A program made the position numbers and the translations under genes. Below the pieces are notes generated by a model. The model searched no databases. It saw only the letters and a list, made by a program, of their open reading frames with translations, and had not been told where the DNA came from. From contig OZ251997.1 in assembly GCA_965247095.1 (NCBI GenBank), forward strand, positions 4,512,001-4,576,000: a stretch of 64,000 nucleotides of DNA. Direction: 5' to 3'. Positions 32,801-43,428 of this stretch are shown piece after piece. The first letter of the stretch is position 1. The number at the start of each line of letters is the position of its first letter. The stretch is from Candidatus Multivorans sp. (GTDB lineage Bacteria; Acidobacteriota; Thermoanaerobaculia; Multivoradales; Multivoraceae).

Positions 32801-33897
32801 TGGCTTGCGAGAACGAGGCCACGCTCGAGGCCTGGGGCTGGGCGCCCGACTTCGCCGACTCCTACCGGGGGTTCCTGGAGTCGTCGTCCTCGTCGGAACG
32901 GCTGTTTCCGGCACGCGTCGTGTCGATGTCGCGCGGCGTCTATCACCTGGCGACCGCCGAGGGCGAAGTCGACGCCCCGCTTCTGAAGCGCGTGCGGCGC
33001 GCCGCCTCGGGCAGTCCAGCGGTCGGCGACTGGGTGGTGGTCGAAACGGCATCGGCTGCGGGCGCCGATCCGCGCATCGTCCATGTGCTCGACCGGCGGA
33101 GCCGGCTATCGCGCAAGGCCGCGGGCGCGCGCACCGAGGAGCAGGTCGTGGCGGCGAACCTGGACGCCGTGTTCCTGGTCATGGGCCTCGACGGCGACTT
33201 CAACCTGCGGCGCCTCGAGCGCTTCGTCGCCATGGCCACGGAGAGCGGCGCCGTGCCGGTCGTCGTCCTGACCAAGGCGGACCTCGCCGCCGACGCGGAA
33301 GCGATGCGGCAGCAGGCCGAGGAAGCGTCGCCGGGGACGACCGTCGTCGCGGTCGCCGCGCTCGCGAACGAGAACCTGGAGCCTCTCGCGGTCCATCTCG
33401 CGTCTGGCCGCACGGTCGCCATGGTCGGCGCCTCCGGCGCCGGCAAGTCGACCCTGCTCAACGCACTCTGCGGCGAAGAAGTGATGCGCACTGCGCCGGT
33501 CCGGGAGCGTGACGACCGCGGACGCCACACGACCACCCACCGGCGCCTCGTCCAGTTGCCCGGCGGCGGCCTCCTGATCGACAACCCGGGCATCCGCGAA
33601 CTCCAACTCTGGGCGGACGACGACAGCAGCCTGGAAGAGACCTTCGACGACATCGAAGAACTGGCGAACGGATGCCGTTTCCGCGACTGCGGCCACGGTC
33701 GCGAGCCCGGCTGCGCCGTCCGCGCCGCGCTCGAGGCCGGCCGGCTGGACCCGGCCCGGCTGCGCAACTATGACGAACTGCGGGAAGAGCAGCGCCGCCT
33801 GGAGCAGCGCCGCGACGAAGTCTCTCGCCGGGCCGAGGCTCGCCGGCTTGGCTCGTACTACAAGTCGGTTCAGCAGGCGAAGAACCGGCGGCGGTAG
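32800..33897 (+). CDS. rsgA: Ribosome small subunit-dependent GTPase A
   Basis: PAVGDWV, LTKAD, GASGAGKST, GRHTT, DNPG, CRFRDCGH..EPGC; GTG at 32800. Confidence 0.93.
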   Translation: MACENEATLEAWGWAPDFADSYRGFLESSSSSERLFPARVVSMSRGVYHLATAEGEVDAPLLKRVRRAASGSPAVGDWVVVETASAAGADPRIVHVLDRRSRLSRKAAGARTEEQVVAANLDAVFLVMGLDGDFNLRRLERFVAMATESGAVPVVVLTKADLAADAEAMRQQAEEASPGTTVVAVAALANENLEPLAVHLASGRTVAMVGASGAGKSTLLNALCGEEVMRTAPVRERDDRGRHTTTHRRLVQLPGGGLLIDNPGIRELQLWADDDSSLEETFDDIEELANGCRFRDCGHGREPGCAVRAALEAGRLDPARLRNYDELREEQRRLEQRRDEVSRRAEARRLGSYYKSVQQAKNRRR

Positions 33898-33939
33898 TCG
33901 GTTGGACGCTGTTACCGGCCACTCCGTATACTCCCAAGC

Positions 33940-34547
33940 ATGTCCGTGACGCTGCTTGAACAGCCGCCGCCGACCGTGCCTCGCAGACCCGGTCCCTATC
34001 GCCGGGCCGACTACGCCGCACTTCCGGACGAACCACGCTGCGAACTGATCTACGGCAGGTTCTACTTGAGCCGGAGTCCCGTGCGGCTCCACCAGTTCCT
34101 GGTCATGCGAATCTGGCGCATTCTGGATGACTTGGCCGAAACGATGGGCGGCGAGGCCCTCGTCGCGCCGATGGATGTCCACCTCGCCGATCACACGGTG
34201 GCGCAGCCCGATGTCCTCTACGTCTCCCCCGAGCGGCAGGAGATCCTGCAGACCTGGATCGAAGGCGTTCCCGACCTCGTGGTGGAGGTGCTCTCTCCCA
34301 GCACGGCGCGCATGGACCGGCTACTGAAGCTGAACCGCTACGCCGAGGCGGGCGTCAGGGAGTACTGGCTCGTAGATCCCGTGGCGCGAACGTCGAGTTT
34401 CTGATCAGCGACGGCGGGCATTTCGTCGTCCATGCGCTGGATGGCGGAACCTGGACGTCCCCTGCCGTGCCCGGGATTGAGCTGGACATCGATGCGCTCT
34501 GGGCCGCCGTCGAACGGAAGTTCGGGCCTCTGACAACTGCGGATTGA
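33940..34547 (+). pseudogene. Uma2 family endonuclease with a single-base frameshift near 34392 (pseudogene or assembly error)
   Basis: QPD, PDLVVEVLSPST, YAEAGVREYWLVDP. Adding one base gives ..VEFLISDGGHFVVHALDGGTWTSPAVPGIELDIDALW.. ending at TGA 34545-34547. Confidence 0.8.
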
Positions 34548-34642
34548 TTCCCGTCGACGGGTTTGGTCACCAGGACGCGAAGCGTCGGTGCACGAGAGGC
34601 GCGGTGAGCGCGGAGAGGGACTCCCGCGGTGCGCCCCCGAAT

Positions 34643-35047
34643 TCACCGGCAGATACCGACGCCCTCCGATTCTGCAGCCCTCTGGAGCGTCCGGTCCAAA
34701 GTGGCGAGTTCTCGTCGCTGTCGAATCGCCAGTTCCAGGTAGAGCGCGTCGTACACAGATATCCGGTGCTCGCGGGCCAAACGCAACGTGGTGGCGCCGT
34801 CGGGCGCATGGTCCAGTTCGATGTCTAGGTCTTCGATTTCCGCCAGGGCTGCCGCGGTCTGTGCCGGAGCGAGTCGACCGCGGCGTTCCGCCATGACGAG
34901 AGCGTTGCGCAGTTCTGTCCACAGCAGGCCCGGCGCCGATGCGCCATAGGTCCCCACTCGCTTGAGGACCCTATCGGCAGCGGGAACGCTCTCGTCGTCA
35001 AGCAGCCAGGCGCAGGCGACCGAGCAGTCCAGCACGGGAGCGTTCAT
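34643..35047 (-). CDS. vapC: PIN-domain toxin (VapC)
   Basis: VLDCS, ELRNAL, SVYDALYLELA, LATLD. Confidence 0.9.
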   Translation of the reverse strand: MNAPVLDCSVACAWLLDDESVPAADRVLKRVGTYGASAPGLLWTELRNALVMAERRGRLAPAQTAAALAEIEDLDIELDHAPDGATTLRLAREHRISVYDALYLELAIRQRRELATLDRTLQRAAESEGVGICR

Positions 35048-35289
35048 CGGCGCCCGGCATCGCGGAGAGCCAGGATCTCTTCGACGGTCCCAGACCAGCC
35101 AATCTGGCGTCGCAGTGCGCGGAGGTTGGAGACGGCTCTTTTGGCCCGTCTGCGATCTGCCGGCGCGGGAGGCATGAGCCGCGCGACAGGCCTTCCCCGC
35201 TTGGTGATGGTGATGACCTCGCCCTTCTCGGCCTCATCGAGGAGGCGGGAGAGATGGGTCTTGGCTTCGAAGGCGCCTATGAATCGCAT
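35044..35289 (-). CDS. Phd/YefM-family antitoxin
   Basis: IGAFEAKTHLSRLLDE..GEVITITKRGRPVARL; 4-bp overlap with vapC. Confidence 0.92.
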   Translation of the reverse strand: MRFIGAFEAKTHLSRLLDEAEKGEVITITKRGRPVARLMPPAPADRRRAKRAVSNLRALRRQIGWSGTVEEILALRDAGRR

Positions 35290-35306
35290 GATGAACCCCT
35301 TGGCCG

Positions 35307-35327
35307 AACTATCTGGTTAGACTAGTT
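35307..35327. promoter_or_regulatory. Imperfect palindrome, candidate TA autoregulatory operator
   Basis: AACTATCT-ggtt-AGACTAGTT, 18-38 bp upstream of the antitoxin start. Confidence 0.45.
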
Positions 35328-35491
35328 TACACCTGCCTCGAAGGAGCGCCACCTGCGGCTCGACGCGACAGTAGCGGCCCTCCAGCGCGCGGCGGGAGGG
35401 TAGCGGCAGCGCGGCCCAGCCTTCGAGCGCGAGCCCGATCGGCTGCCCGAGGTGATTCAAGGTCGAATGGCTCATCAGCGGGTCTCGGCGC

Positions 35492-36302
35492 CTATGAGGA
35501 GGGTCGGGCCGTTTCGCCGGCCCTTGCTGCTCGGGTTCCGCAGCCCGTGCTTGTTGCCTCCAGGCTGTAGTCGCGAGTGTAGTAAGCCCTCAACGGGCCG
35601 GTGCCGCCGTTCTCGCGCCAGTAGATGATCGAGTAGTCCCGTGCCGGGTCCTTCGCGACCTCGGTCTTGGAGTCGGTGTCTTCGCGCCACATCGAGAGGT
35701 CTGGGGAGGGCGTCTCCGGATCGTCGAGTTTCTTGAGGTTGTCCAGGACCTGTCTTCGTTCCTTTTTCTTGTACACGTTTCTGTTCCACCAGTTCATGTC
35801 GGCGATCGACTTCTCGAGTCCGCTCCGGTACTCCTCTGTCGGGCTGTTCTCCGCCAGCGAACGGAAGTCATCTTCGTACCGCTTGACCTTCTTCTCGAGG
35901 GCCGACCAACTCCTTACCGCATCGGCCGGGTTGTCTTGAAGAGCAAGCAACAGCCGGAGTTGATCCACTTGCGCGTCCGCGATACTCGATGCCACGAACA
36001 GGTTCTTGCCGATTTCCGCGAGCCGTGCTGCGAGAACCGCCTCCACCCTGCCCGTCGCGAGAGCATGGTGCTTGTGGCGGAGGACGCTCACATCCCGTTC
36101 GACGAGCGCTAGCCGCACCGGCGCCGGCGATGGGCAGGCACGCGGTCCCGATCGGCCCGCCGGACTTGAGCGGCTTGCCGATCTCAAGCACCCGGCGATC
36201 CATGTCCGCGATCAGTTTGGAACTGATGGAGCGGCCCAGATCGACCACGGCCAGCTCCTGGCCGGCCGCCTTGAACGTATGCACCGTTGCGGTCTGGGCC
36301 AT
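35492..36302 (-). pseudogene. Hypothetical protein gene, split or internally deleted
   Basis: Good SD and ATG at 36302. Protein-like sequence continues in another frame after about 36120 (RLALVERDV...YSIIYWRENGG). Confidence 0.5.
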
Positions 36303-36456
36303 TCGGTTCCGCTCTCTCCGTGCCTAACGTGTCCACCAGAGCATGGCTCTGGCTCTTGCCAGGAGGTATCCGCCCACGCCTTGGTTCTTGCCGTGCGGCG
36401 ATGCGATCTTCTCTTCCGTCATGGGGTTCTGGTGAAGGCGGGTGAAACCGATTGGC

Positions 36457-37890
36457 CTACCCGAACAGCCCCTTCGCCGCCTTGGCCTCCGGCGCCAGCA
36501 GGGCGGCGATGCAGTAGGCCGCAAACGAAATCGCCATCGCCGGGAAGACGGCGTGCATGCTCTGGATGTCGAGCAGCATCCAGAGCCCCAGGGTCCCGCC
36601 GCCGGTGGCGAAGGACCAGAGGGCGGCCTGGCCGTTGCCGCGGCGCCAGGTGAGGCCAAGGGCCAGGGAGGGCAGGAAGCAGGCGGCGTAGAGCGCCCCG
36701 GAGAACGAAGTCAGCTCGACGATGCCGCCGGGCGGGTCGATGGCTAGCACCGCGGTGATCGCAGCAAACAGCACGACGCAGATGCGGGTGTTGCGGACGG
36801 CGTGCCGGTCGTCGGCGGGGACGAGCAGGCCGAGCAGGTCCCGTTGGGCGGTGGAGGCCATGACCAGAAGGACGCTGTCGAGGGAGGACATGGCGGCCGA
36901 GACCAGGGCGAGGAACAGGAACGCCTGGGCCACCGGCGGGAAGATGGCTGGGTCGCTCAGCATCATGGGAATGACCTGGTCGGTGTCGACAACCCCCTGG
37001 CCGACCACGAAGTGGGCGTAGAGCCCGAGCGGCGCGAGCAGGCTGAAGACGATCAGGAAGCTCAGCGTCGACACGACGAGGCCGCTCTTTGCGGCGGCCT
37101 CCGTCTCCAGGGCGTAGAAGCGGGAGAGTTGGCGCGGCTCCACGATCAGCTTGACGGTGGACGCGAACACGACGCCGATCAGCAGACCCAGCGGCTGCGC
37201 GGTGTCCCAGCGGACGAGTGCGCCGTCGCCGATCTGGGCCAGGTCGGCGAGGCGGCCGATGCCGCCGGCGGCCCGGGTGATGGCGAAGAACATGAGCACG
37301 GCGGCGAGCGTCATCAGAATGCCCTGGACGAAGTCGGTCCGCGCCACGGAGTGGAAGCCGCCGATCATCGTGTAGAGGCAGACGATCAGGACGACGACGA
37401 AGAGCGACAGGCCGTAGCTCAGATCGAGCAGTTCGACCAGCAGCGAGCCGATGCCCTTGAACACCGCGGTCATGTACAGGAAGCTGGAGAAGATAACGAT
37501 CAGGGCGGCGACGAAGCGGGCCGACCGACTGTTGAAGCGGAGGCCGATGTAGTCCGGGATGGTGACCGAGCCGAGCGTCTCGGTCACACCGCGCAGACGC
37601 GGCGCCAGCCACGCCCAGGCGACGAAGGACAGGATGACCGCCGTCGGGACGATCAGCAGCCAGGCGATGCCCGAGGCGTAGGCCTTGCCGGCGAAGCCGA
37701 TGAAGCTGTTCGTGCTGGCGTAGGTGGCGAAGAAGGAGACTCCCAGGATCACGCCGCCGAGCGAACGGCCGCCGACCAGGAAGTCGGCGAGATCGCGCGT
37801 ACGGCGCTGGCCGATCAGGGCGTGGTGGACCAGGACGCCCGTGTAGAGGACGAAGAGGACGAGGATCAGCGCGTGTTCTCGAAACCACAT
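36457..37890 (-). CDS. Sodium:solute symporter family transporter
   Basis: DFLVGGRSLG, S..ATYAST..FIGFAG, GGFHSVARTDFVQG, SAAMSSLDS. Confidence 0.92.
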   Translation of the reverse strand: MWFREHALILVLFVLYTGVLVHHALIGQRRTRDLADFLVGGRSLGGVILGVSFFATYASTNSFIGFAGKAYASGIAWLLIVPTAVILSFVAWAWLAPRLRGVTETLGSVTIPDYIGLRFNSRSARFVAALIVIFSSFLYMTAVFKGIGSLLVELLDLSYGLSLFVVVLIVCLYTMIGGFHSVARTDFVQGILMTLAAVLMFFAITRAAGGIGRLADLAQIGDGALVRWDTAQPLGLLIGVVFASTVKLIVEPRQLSRFYALETEAAAKSGLVVSTLSFLIVFSLLAPLGLYAHFVVGQGVVDTDQVIPMMLSDPAIFPPVAQAFLFLALVSAAMSSLDSVLLVMASTAQRDLLGLLVPADDRHAVRNTRICVVLFAAITAVLAIDPPGGIVELTSFSGALYAACFLPSLALGLTWRRGNGQAALWSFATGGGTLGLWMLLDIQSMHAVFPAMAISFAAYCIAALLAPEAKAAKGLFG

Positions 37891-37949
37891 GACCGGTTCT
37901 CAGGCCCGCTCGTCGTTTCGAGGAGTGCGCGGCTGGCTAGGACGCCCGA

Positions 37950-39086
37950 TCACAGGCCCATCTGGTCCAGGTACCAGCCGTCGAAGATCTGAATGCAGGC
38001 TTCGGACTCTTCGTAGGCGGTGGGACGGTAGCCGCGGGACGCGACGCCCAACTGGGTACGGGCGCAGACTTTCCAGTCCTGGCTGTTGACGAGATGCCAG
38101 AAGTCCACGGCGTCGCTGGGGTCGAAACCGGGTGCCGCGGCCGTATCGGGGTCGAACAGCCATTCGCAGACAATCCGCGTGCGCCCGGCCTCGATCGGCC
38201 AGAGGGTGTGGGTGACGACGTAGTCGCGGTGCAGGCTGATCAGCAGGTTGGGATACACGTGGAAGTACTGCACCGAGGTGCGGTCGGCGACATCGATCGC
38301 GGGTAGATCGGGACGGTTGCTGCGGCCCGTCGCCGTCATCGTGTCGCAGCCGTCGTTGAGGGTCATCGGACCGCCGACGTGGAAACGCCCGGTCTCCAGG
38401 TTGCCGCCGTTGCGGTAGTCCGACACCCGGTTCAGCTCGGGGTGGACGACGGCGCAGTGGTAGCACTCGTTGTAGTTCTCGCACAGGATCTTCCAGTTCG
38501 CCTGCGCCTCGTACTCGTGCCGGTCGCCGCGGACCAGCCGGCCGAGCGTGAAACGCGACAGGTCGGGCAGGTCGGCGGCGACTTCGGCGAGCGGCGGCCC
38601 GTCGGCCGCCAGGGACAGGTAGAAGAACCCGTTCAGCGCCTCGATCCGCACCGGCACCAGGCCGGCGCTGTTGGCGTCGAAGTCGCGGCCCATGTGCGGC
38701 GCGCCGACCAGCCGCCCGTCGAGACCGTAGGTCCAGGCGTGGTACGGGCACTGGAAGACCTTGGCTCGGCCCGCGCACTCATCGACGACCCGCGACCCCC
38801 GGTGGCGGCAGACGTTGAAGAAGGCGGCCAGGCCGTTGGCCGCGGGGCCCGCTGCGCCGTTCCCGTTCGATCCGACGCCCGCGTCGCCTGCCGCCGCGGT
38901 CCGCACGGCGATGACCGACTCGCTGCCGATCTCGCGGGTTACGAAGCGCCCCGGCTCGTTCAGTTCCTCGAGGCGCCCTCCACACACCCACATCCGCGAG
39001 AAGATGCGCTCCATCTCCTCGTCGAAGATGGCCGGGTCGGTGTAGAGGCCGCCGTCCAGCGGCCGGGGCGCCTTGCGCGGGATCAT
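37950..39086 (-). CDS. Rieske non-heme iron oxygenase alpha subunit (choline monooxygenase/GbcA/Stc2-like group)
   Basis: NVCRHRG..CPYHAW, ANWK..ENYNECYHC..HP, QD..VC. Confidence 0.9.
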   Translation of the reverse strand: MIPRKAPRPLDGGLYTDPAIFDEEMERIFSRMWVCGGRLEELNEPGRFVTREIGSESVIAVRTAAAGDAGVGSNGNGAAGPAANGLAAFFNVCRHRGSRVVDECAGRAKVFQCPYHAWTYGLDGRLVGAPHMGRDFDANSAGLVPVRIEALNGFFYLSLAADGPPLAEVAADLPDLSRFTLGRLVRGDRHEYEAQANWKILCENYNECYHCAVVHPELNRVSDYRNGGNLETGRFHVGGPMTLNDGCDTMTATGRSNRPDLPAIDVADRTSVQYFHVYPNLLISLHRDYVVTHTLWPIEAGRTRIVCEWLFDPDTAAAPGFDPSDAVDFWHLVNSQDWKVCARTQLGVASRGYRPTAYEESEACIQIFDGWYLDQMGL

Positions 39087-39108
39087 GGGTCGAATCCTAG
39101 CGCCGTTG

Positions 39109-41694
39109 ATGTGCCATCATCCGACTGTGCCGCGCCTGCTCATCGCGCTGCTGGCCGGGCTTGTGGCGCCCGCCGCCGTTCAGGCCCAGGAAGGCGATGT
39201 CGAGGCCGAGGCGCCGACGGCCCTCACGGTGGAGCTGGTCGCGGAGTTCGACGAACAGTTGGTGGTGGTCGGCAGCCGCTCACGGCCGCGGTCGGTGACC
39301 GAGTCCTCTGTCCCGATCGACGCCATCCCGGTCGAGGATGTCGTCAGTCAGGGCGCCAGCTCGCTCGACTACTTGTTGCGGAACCTGGTGCCGTCGTTCA
39401 ATGTCGCGACGCATCCGATCAGCGGCGCGGCGTCGCTCGTGCGGCCGGCCAGTCTGCGCAACCTGGCGCACGACCACACGCTGGTGCTGGTGAACGGCAA
39501 GCGCCGGCACCGCTCCGCGATCCTGGTCTGGTTCGGGGGCGTGACCGACGGCACGCAGGGGCCGGACATCTCGACCATCCCCGCGACCGCGCTGCGCCAG
39601 GTGGAGGTGCTGCGCGACGGCGCGTCGGCGCAGTACGGCTCCGACGCGATCGCCGGCGTAGTGAACTTCCTGCTCAAGGACGACCCGTCGGGCGGCAGCC
39701 TGGAAGTGAAGAGCGGCGCCTACGGCGCGGGCGACGGCCAGGCGTACACGGTCGCCGGCGACATCGGACTGCCGCTGGGGGAGAACGGGTTCGCCCATCT
39801 GAGCATGGAGTACGGCAACGCCGACCCGACCAGCCGCAGCGTGCAGCGGGCCGACGCGGCGGCTCTCGTCGCCGCCGGCAACACGCACGTCGCCGACCCG
39901 GCGCAGGTCTGGGGCGACTCGAGGTACGAGGACGACCTGAAGCTGTTCGGCAACTTCGGCAACCTGTTCGCCAACGGCACGCAGCTCTACGGGCACGCGA
40001 ACTACGCCGAGAAGACGGCGACGCAGGGCTTCTACTACCGGAATCCCAATACGCGCGCCAACATCTTCAGCCTGGACGGCGGCAGGACGCTGCTCATCGG
40101 CGACGTGCTCGACGCAGAGGACGGCGTGCGGGACGGGTCGGCGGGGTGCCCGACCGTGACGATCACCGACGACCGGCCGGATCAGGACGCGCTGGCGCAG
40201 GTGTTCGCCGACCCGAACTGCTTCACCTTCCAGGAGATCGCTCCGGGCGGCTTCACGCCCTACTTCAGCGGCGTGATCGCCGATGTGTCGGCGGTGGCCG
40301 GCCTGCGCCGGTCCACAAAGAGCGGTCTCACCTGGGACGCCAGCGCCAGTTACGGCTCTCACGAAGCGGACTTCTTCCTGTTCGACACGGTCAACGCCTC
40401 GCTGGGGCCGGCGAGCCCGCGCGACTTCGATCCGGGCCTGTACCGGCAGGCCGAGGTCAACCTCAACTTCGACGTTTCCTACGCCGTCAACGAGCTCCTC
40501 CACCTGGCCGGCGGCGTCGAGTGGCGTGACGAGCGCTTCACCATCCGCTCCGGCGAACTGCCGTCGTGGAGGTCGGACCATACGCCGCGCAGGGGTTCGT
40601 TTCCGGCTCCAACGGTTTCCCGGGGTTCCCCGACTACACGGCCGGGACCTGGAACCGCGCCAACGCGGCCGTCTACGGCGACCTGGAACTGCGGGACCCG
40701 GACGGCCGCTGGACGGTCGGCGGCGCCCTGCGGTTCGAGCACTTCGACGTCTTCGGCGACACGACGAACGGAAAGCTCTCGGCCCGCTACGCGCTGACCG
40801 ACACGGTTTCCGTGCGCGGCGGCGTCAGCACCGGCTTTCGCGCCCCGACGCCCGGTCAGCAGAACGTGTTCAACGTGCAGTCGACGATCAATCCCGAGAC
40901 GCTGGACCTGGTCGACAGCGCCACCGTGCCGTCGACCTTCCGCGCCGCGCAGTTCCGCGGCGGCCAGGCGCTCGAGCCCGAAACCTCGACCAACGCGACG
41001 GCGGGCCTGGTGGTCGACACGGGGCCGTTCACGTTGACGGCGGACACCTTCCACATCGATGTCGACAAGCGCCTCGCCCTGTCGCAGTTTCTTCACGCTC
41101 GCCGCGGACGAGCGCGCGCTGCTGGTGTCGGAAGGGATCGCGTCGGCTCGCACGCTGTCCTCGTTCCGGTTCTTCATCAACGACTTCTCGTCCCGGACGC
41201 AGGGGATCGACATCGTCTCGACCTGGACGCCGCCGGAGCTGGGCGGCAACACGGTGTTCAGCTTGGCGCTGAACCACACGGAGACGGAAGTCACGCAGGA
41301 TTCGGACCTGCTCGGTGCCGGCGACGTGCTCGCCCTGGAACGTGGCGTTCCGAAGACGCGGTGGAACGTGGCCGTCAACCAGGGCATTGGGCCGGTCGAT
41401 CTGCTCGGACGTCTGCACTACTTCGGGTCGTGGGTCGACCACCTGGACGCCCGCTCCGTGCGGCGCGCCGACGCGCCGGTCCTCGGCGGCCGCTACATCT
41501 TCGACCTGGAGGTCAGCATCCCGCTGGTGCGCGAGACGACGCTCTCGGTCGGCGGCCAGAACGTTTTCGATACGTTCTCGGATCGGATGGACCTGTTCGC
41601 GGCGCAGTTCGGCTTGCCCTACAGCCAGTTCACGCCCTGGGGCCTGAGCGGCGGCTACTACTATGTGCGCCTCCACCGCCGGTGGGGCCCGTAG
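39109..41694 (+). pseudogene. TonB-dependent receptor with two single-base frameshifts (near 40568 and 41089), probably sequencing errors
   Basis: Signal peptide, VVVGSR TonB-box region, VLVNGKRRH, IEVLRDGASAQYGSDAIAGV-type plug motif, STGFRAP, C-terminal GGYYYVRL, spread over three consecutive frame segments. Confidence 0.85.
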
Positions 41695-41759
41695 TCAGGC
41701 TCCGAACCGCCGAGGGGGCGGTAGAGTGCTCTCATGAGTTGGACATCGGGGCGTACCGC

Positions 41760-42770
41760 GTGACTACGCTGGCCGCGAAGCTGGAAGACCGGGAAAGTCG
41801 TTCGGTAGTAAGCGCGAAGGATAGGCATCCAGAAGCCGGCGAGCGTGAGCAGCCGCCTGGGCCCTTTCTCCTTGAAGGTAACTGGAACTGGGTCGTCCAC
41901 GCCGACAACGCCGAGGTAATCCCGGCGCTCCCGGACGGGTCTTTCCGGCTCATCTACATCGATCCGCCCTTCAACACGGGCAAGGTCCGGCAACGGACGG
42001 AGATTTCGACGGTCCGTTCCGGCGACGGTGACAGGGTCGGGTTCGGCGGCCGGCGATACCGCACCGTCGAGCTCGGAACGACTTCCTATGAGGACGCCTT
42101 TGACGACTACCTCGGGTTCATCGGGTCGCGTTTGGAGCATGCTCGCCGCCTGCTGACCATTGATGGCACGCTCTACCTGCATCTCGACCAGCGGGAGGCC
42201 CACTACTGCAAGGTCCTTCTCGACCAGCTCTTCGGTCGTGAGTGCTTCGTCAACGAGATCATCTGGGCCTACGACTACGGCGGCCGCTCGCGCCGCAAGT
42301 GGCCGGCGAAGCACGACACGATCCTCGTCTATGCCAAGGACCCCGATCGTTACTTCTTCGATCAGGATGCGATCGAACGGATTCCCTACATGGCTCCCGG
42401 CCTGGTGTCGAAGGCCAAGGCGGCGCGCGGGAAGCTCCCGACAGACGTCTGGTGGCACACCATTGTGCCCACGAACGGCAAGGAGAAGACAGGCTATGCC
42501 TCCCAGAAACCGGAGGGCGTCCTGCGCCGGATAGTGAGCGCCTCGTCGCAGGAGGGCGATTGGGTACTGGACTTTTTTGCCGGGTCGGGAACGACTGCGG
42601 CGGTAGCGCAAAAGATGGGTCGGCGGTTCGTGATGGTCGATAGCAACGAGGAGGCGATCTCGGTGATGGCTCGGCGTTTGGGAGTGCAGGGCACGCGCTA
42701 CGTCGATAGTGGAGTGCAGGCCTTGCCGATTCAAGAAGCTCAATCCGAGCAACTCGGACTCCTGGTATGA
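41760..42770 (+). CDS. Site-specific DNA methyltransferase (N4-C/N6-A, beta class)
   Basis: IYIDPPF precedes DFFAGSGTT; NEIIWAY; YASQKP. Start codon uncertain. Confidence 0.9.
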   Translation: MTTLAAKLEDRESRSVVSAKDRHPEAGEREQPPGPFLLEGNWNWVVHADNAEVIPALPDGSFRLIYIDPPFNTGKVRQRTEISTVRSGDGDRVGFGGRRYRTVELGTTSYEDAFDDYLGFIGSRLEHARRLLTIDGTLYLHLDQREAHYCKVLLDQLFGRECFVNEIIWAYDYGGRSRRKWPAKHDTILVYAKDPDRYFFDQDAIERIPYMAPGLVSKAKAARGKLPTDVWWHTIVPTNGKEKTGYASQKPEGVLRRIVSASSQEGDWVLDFFAGSGTTAAVAQKMGRRFVMVDSNEEAISVMARRLGVQGTRYVDSGVQALPIQEAQSEQLGLLV

Positions 42771-43364
42771 GCGAAACGACATCGGTGATTCAGGATCCCG
42801 ACGTAGATGTCCTAGCGCTTCACGCTCAACTACTTCGTGACGAGTATGTGACGGCGGAAGCGGATCCCTGGAAGCACAGCCCGTTTGGCTGGATCAAATG
42901 CCGACCCATCTCGCCGGGTCGGCGCGATTGGCGAGCGACTCGTCCATGCCTGGTGCCTCGCCCAAGGCTTCGAGGTTGAGAGGTCTCCAGACTCCGAGGC
43001 AGACCGGATCATTGAGGGGTATCGTGTAGAGATCAAGTTCTCCACGCTTTGGAAGGCGGGCGGATATAAGTTCCAGCAGATACGGGACCAGAACTACGAC
43101 TACCTCTTCGCATTGGGCATATCGCCCTTCGACGCGAGTGCATGGGTAGTCCCCAAGGCTGTACTGAAGCAGTACGTGATCGGTCACATGGGTCAGCACA
43201 CAGGCGCTGCAGCGACTGATACTTCTTGGCTTGGCTTCAAGGTCGGCGAAGAGCAGGACTGGTTGAAGGCGTTTGGGGGGACACTGGCGGAAGCTCGTTG
43301 TGTTCTCGCCGCAATCGGCAGAGGACGTCGCGACGGTTTGCGAGGAAGGGACGGTGCGCAATGA
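42767..43364 (+). pseudogene. Putative type II restriction endonuclease (PD-(D/E)xK) with a frameshift near 42906
   Basis: ATGA coupling to the MTase; GAIGERL..ADRIIEGYRVEIK..FQQIR. Removing one C from CCC joins the two ORFs. Visibly lower GC than flanks. Confidence 0.7.
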
Positions 43365-43428
43365 AGGCGCAAGGAGGCGTAGTGGGTCCGTAGCCATCTG
43401 CGCTCCCACGATGTGAGATCATCCGGCC

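Noticed and set aside
31252-33897. 881-aa ORF (also the long 10740-13067, 21453-23108 and 46037-48169 ORFs)
   Set aside because: The N-terminal extensions are shadow reading frames in high-GC DNA; the real starts are downstream.
40566-42770. 734-aa TonB-receptor::DNA-methyltransferase fusion in the ORF track
   Set aside because: This is an artefact of frameshifts. The receptor ends at 41694 in another frame and the MTase starts separately.
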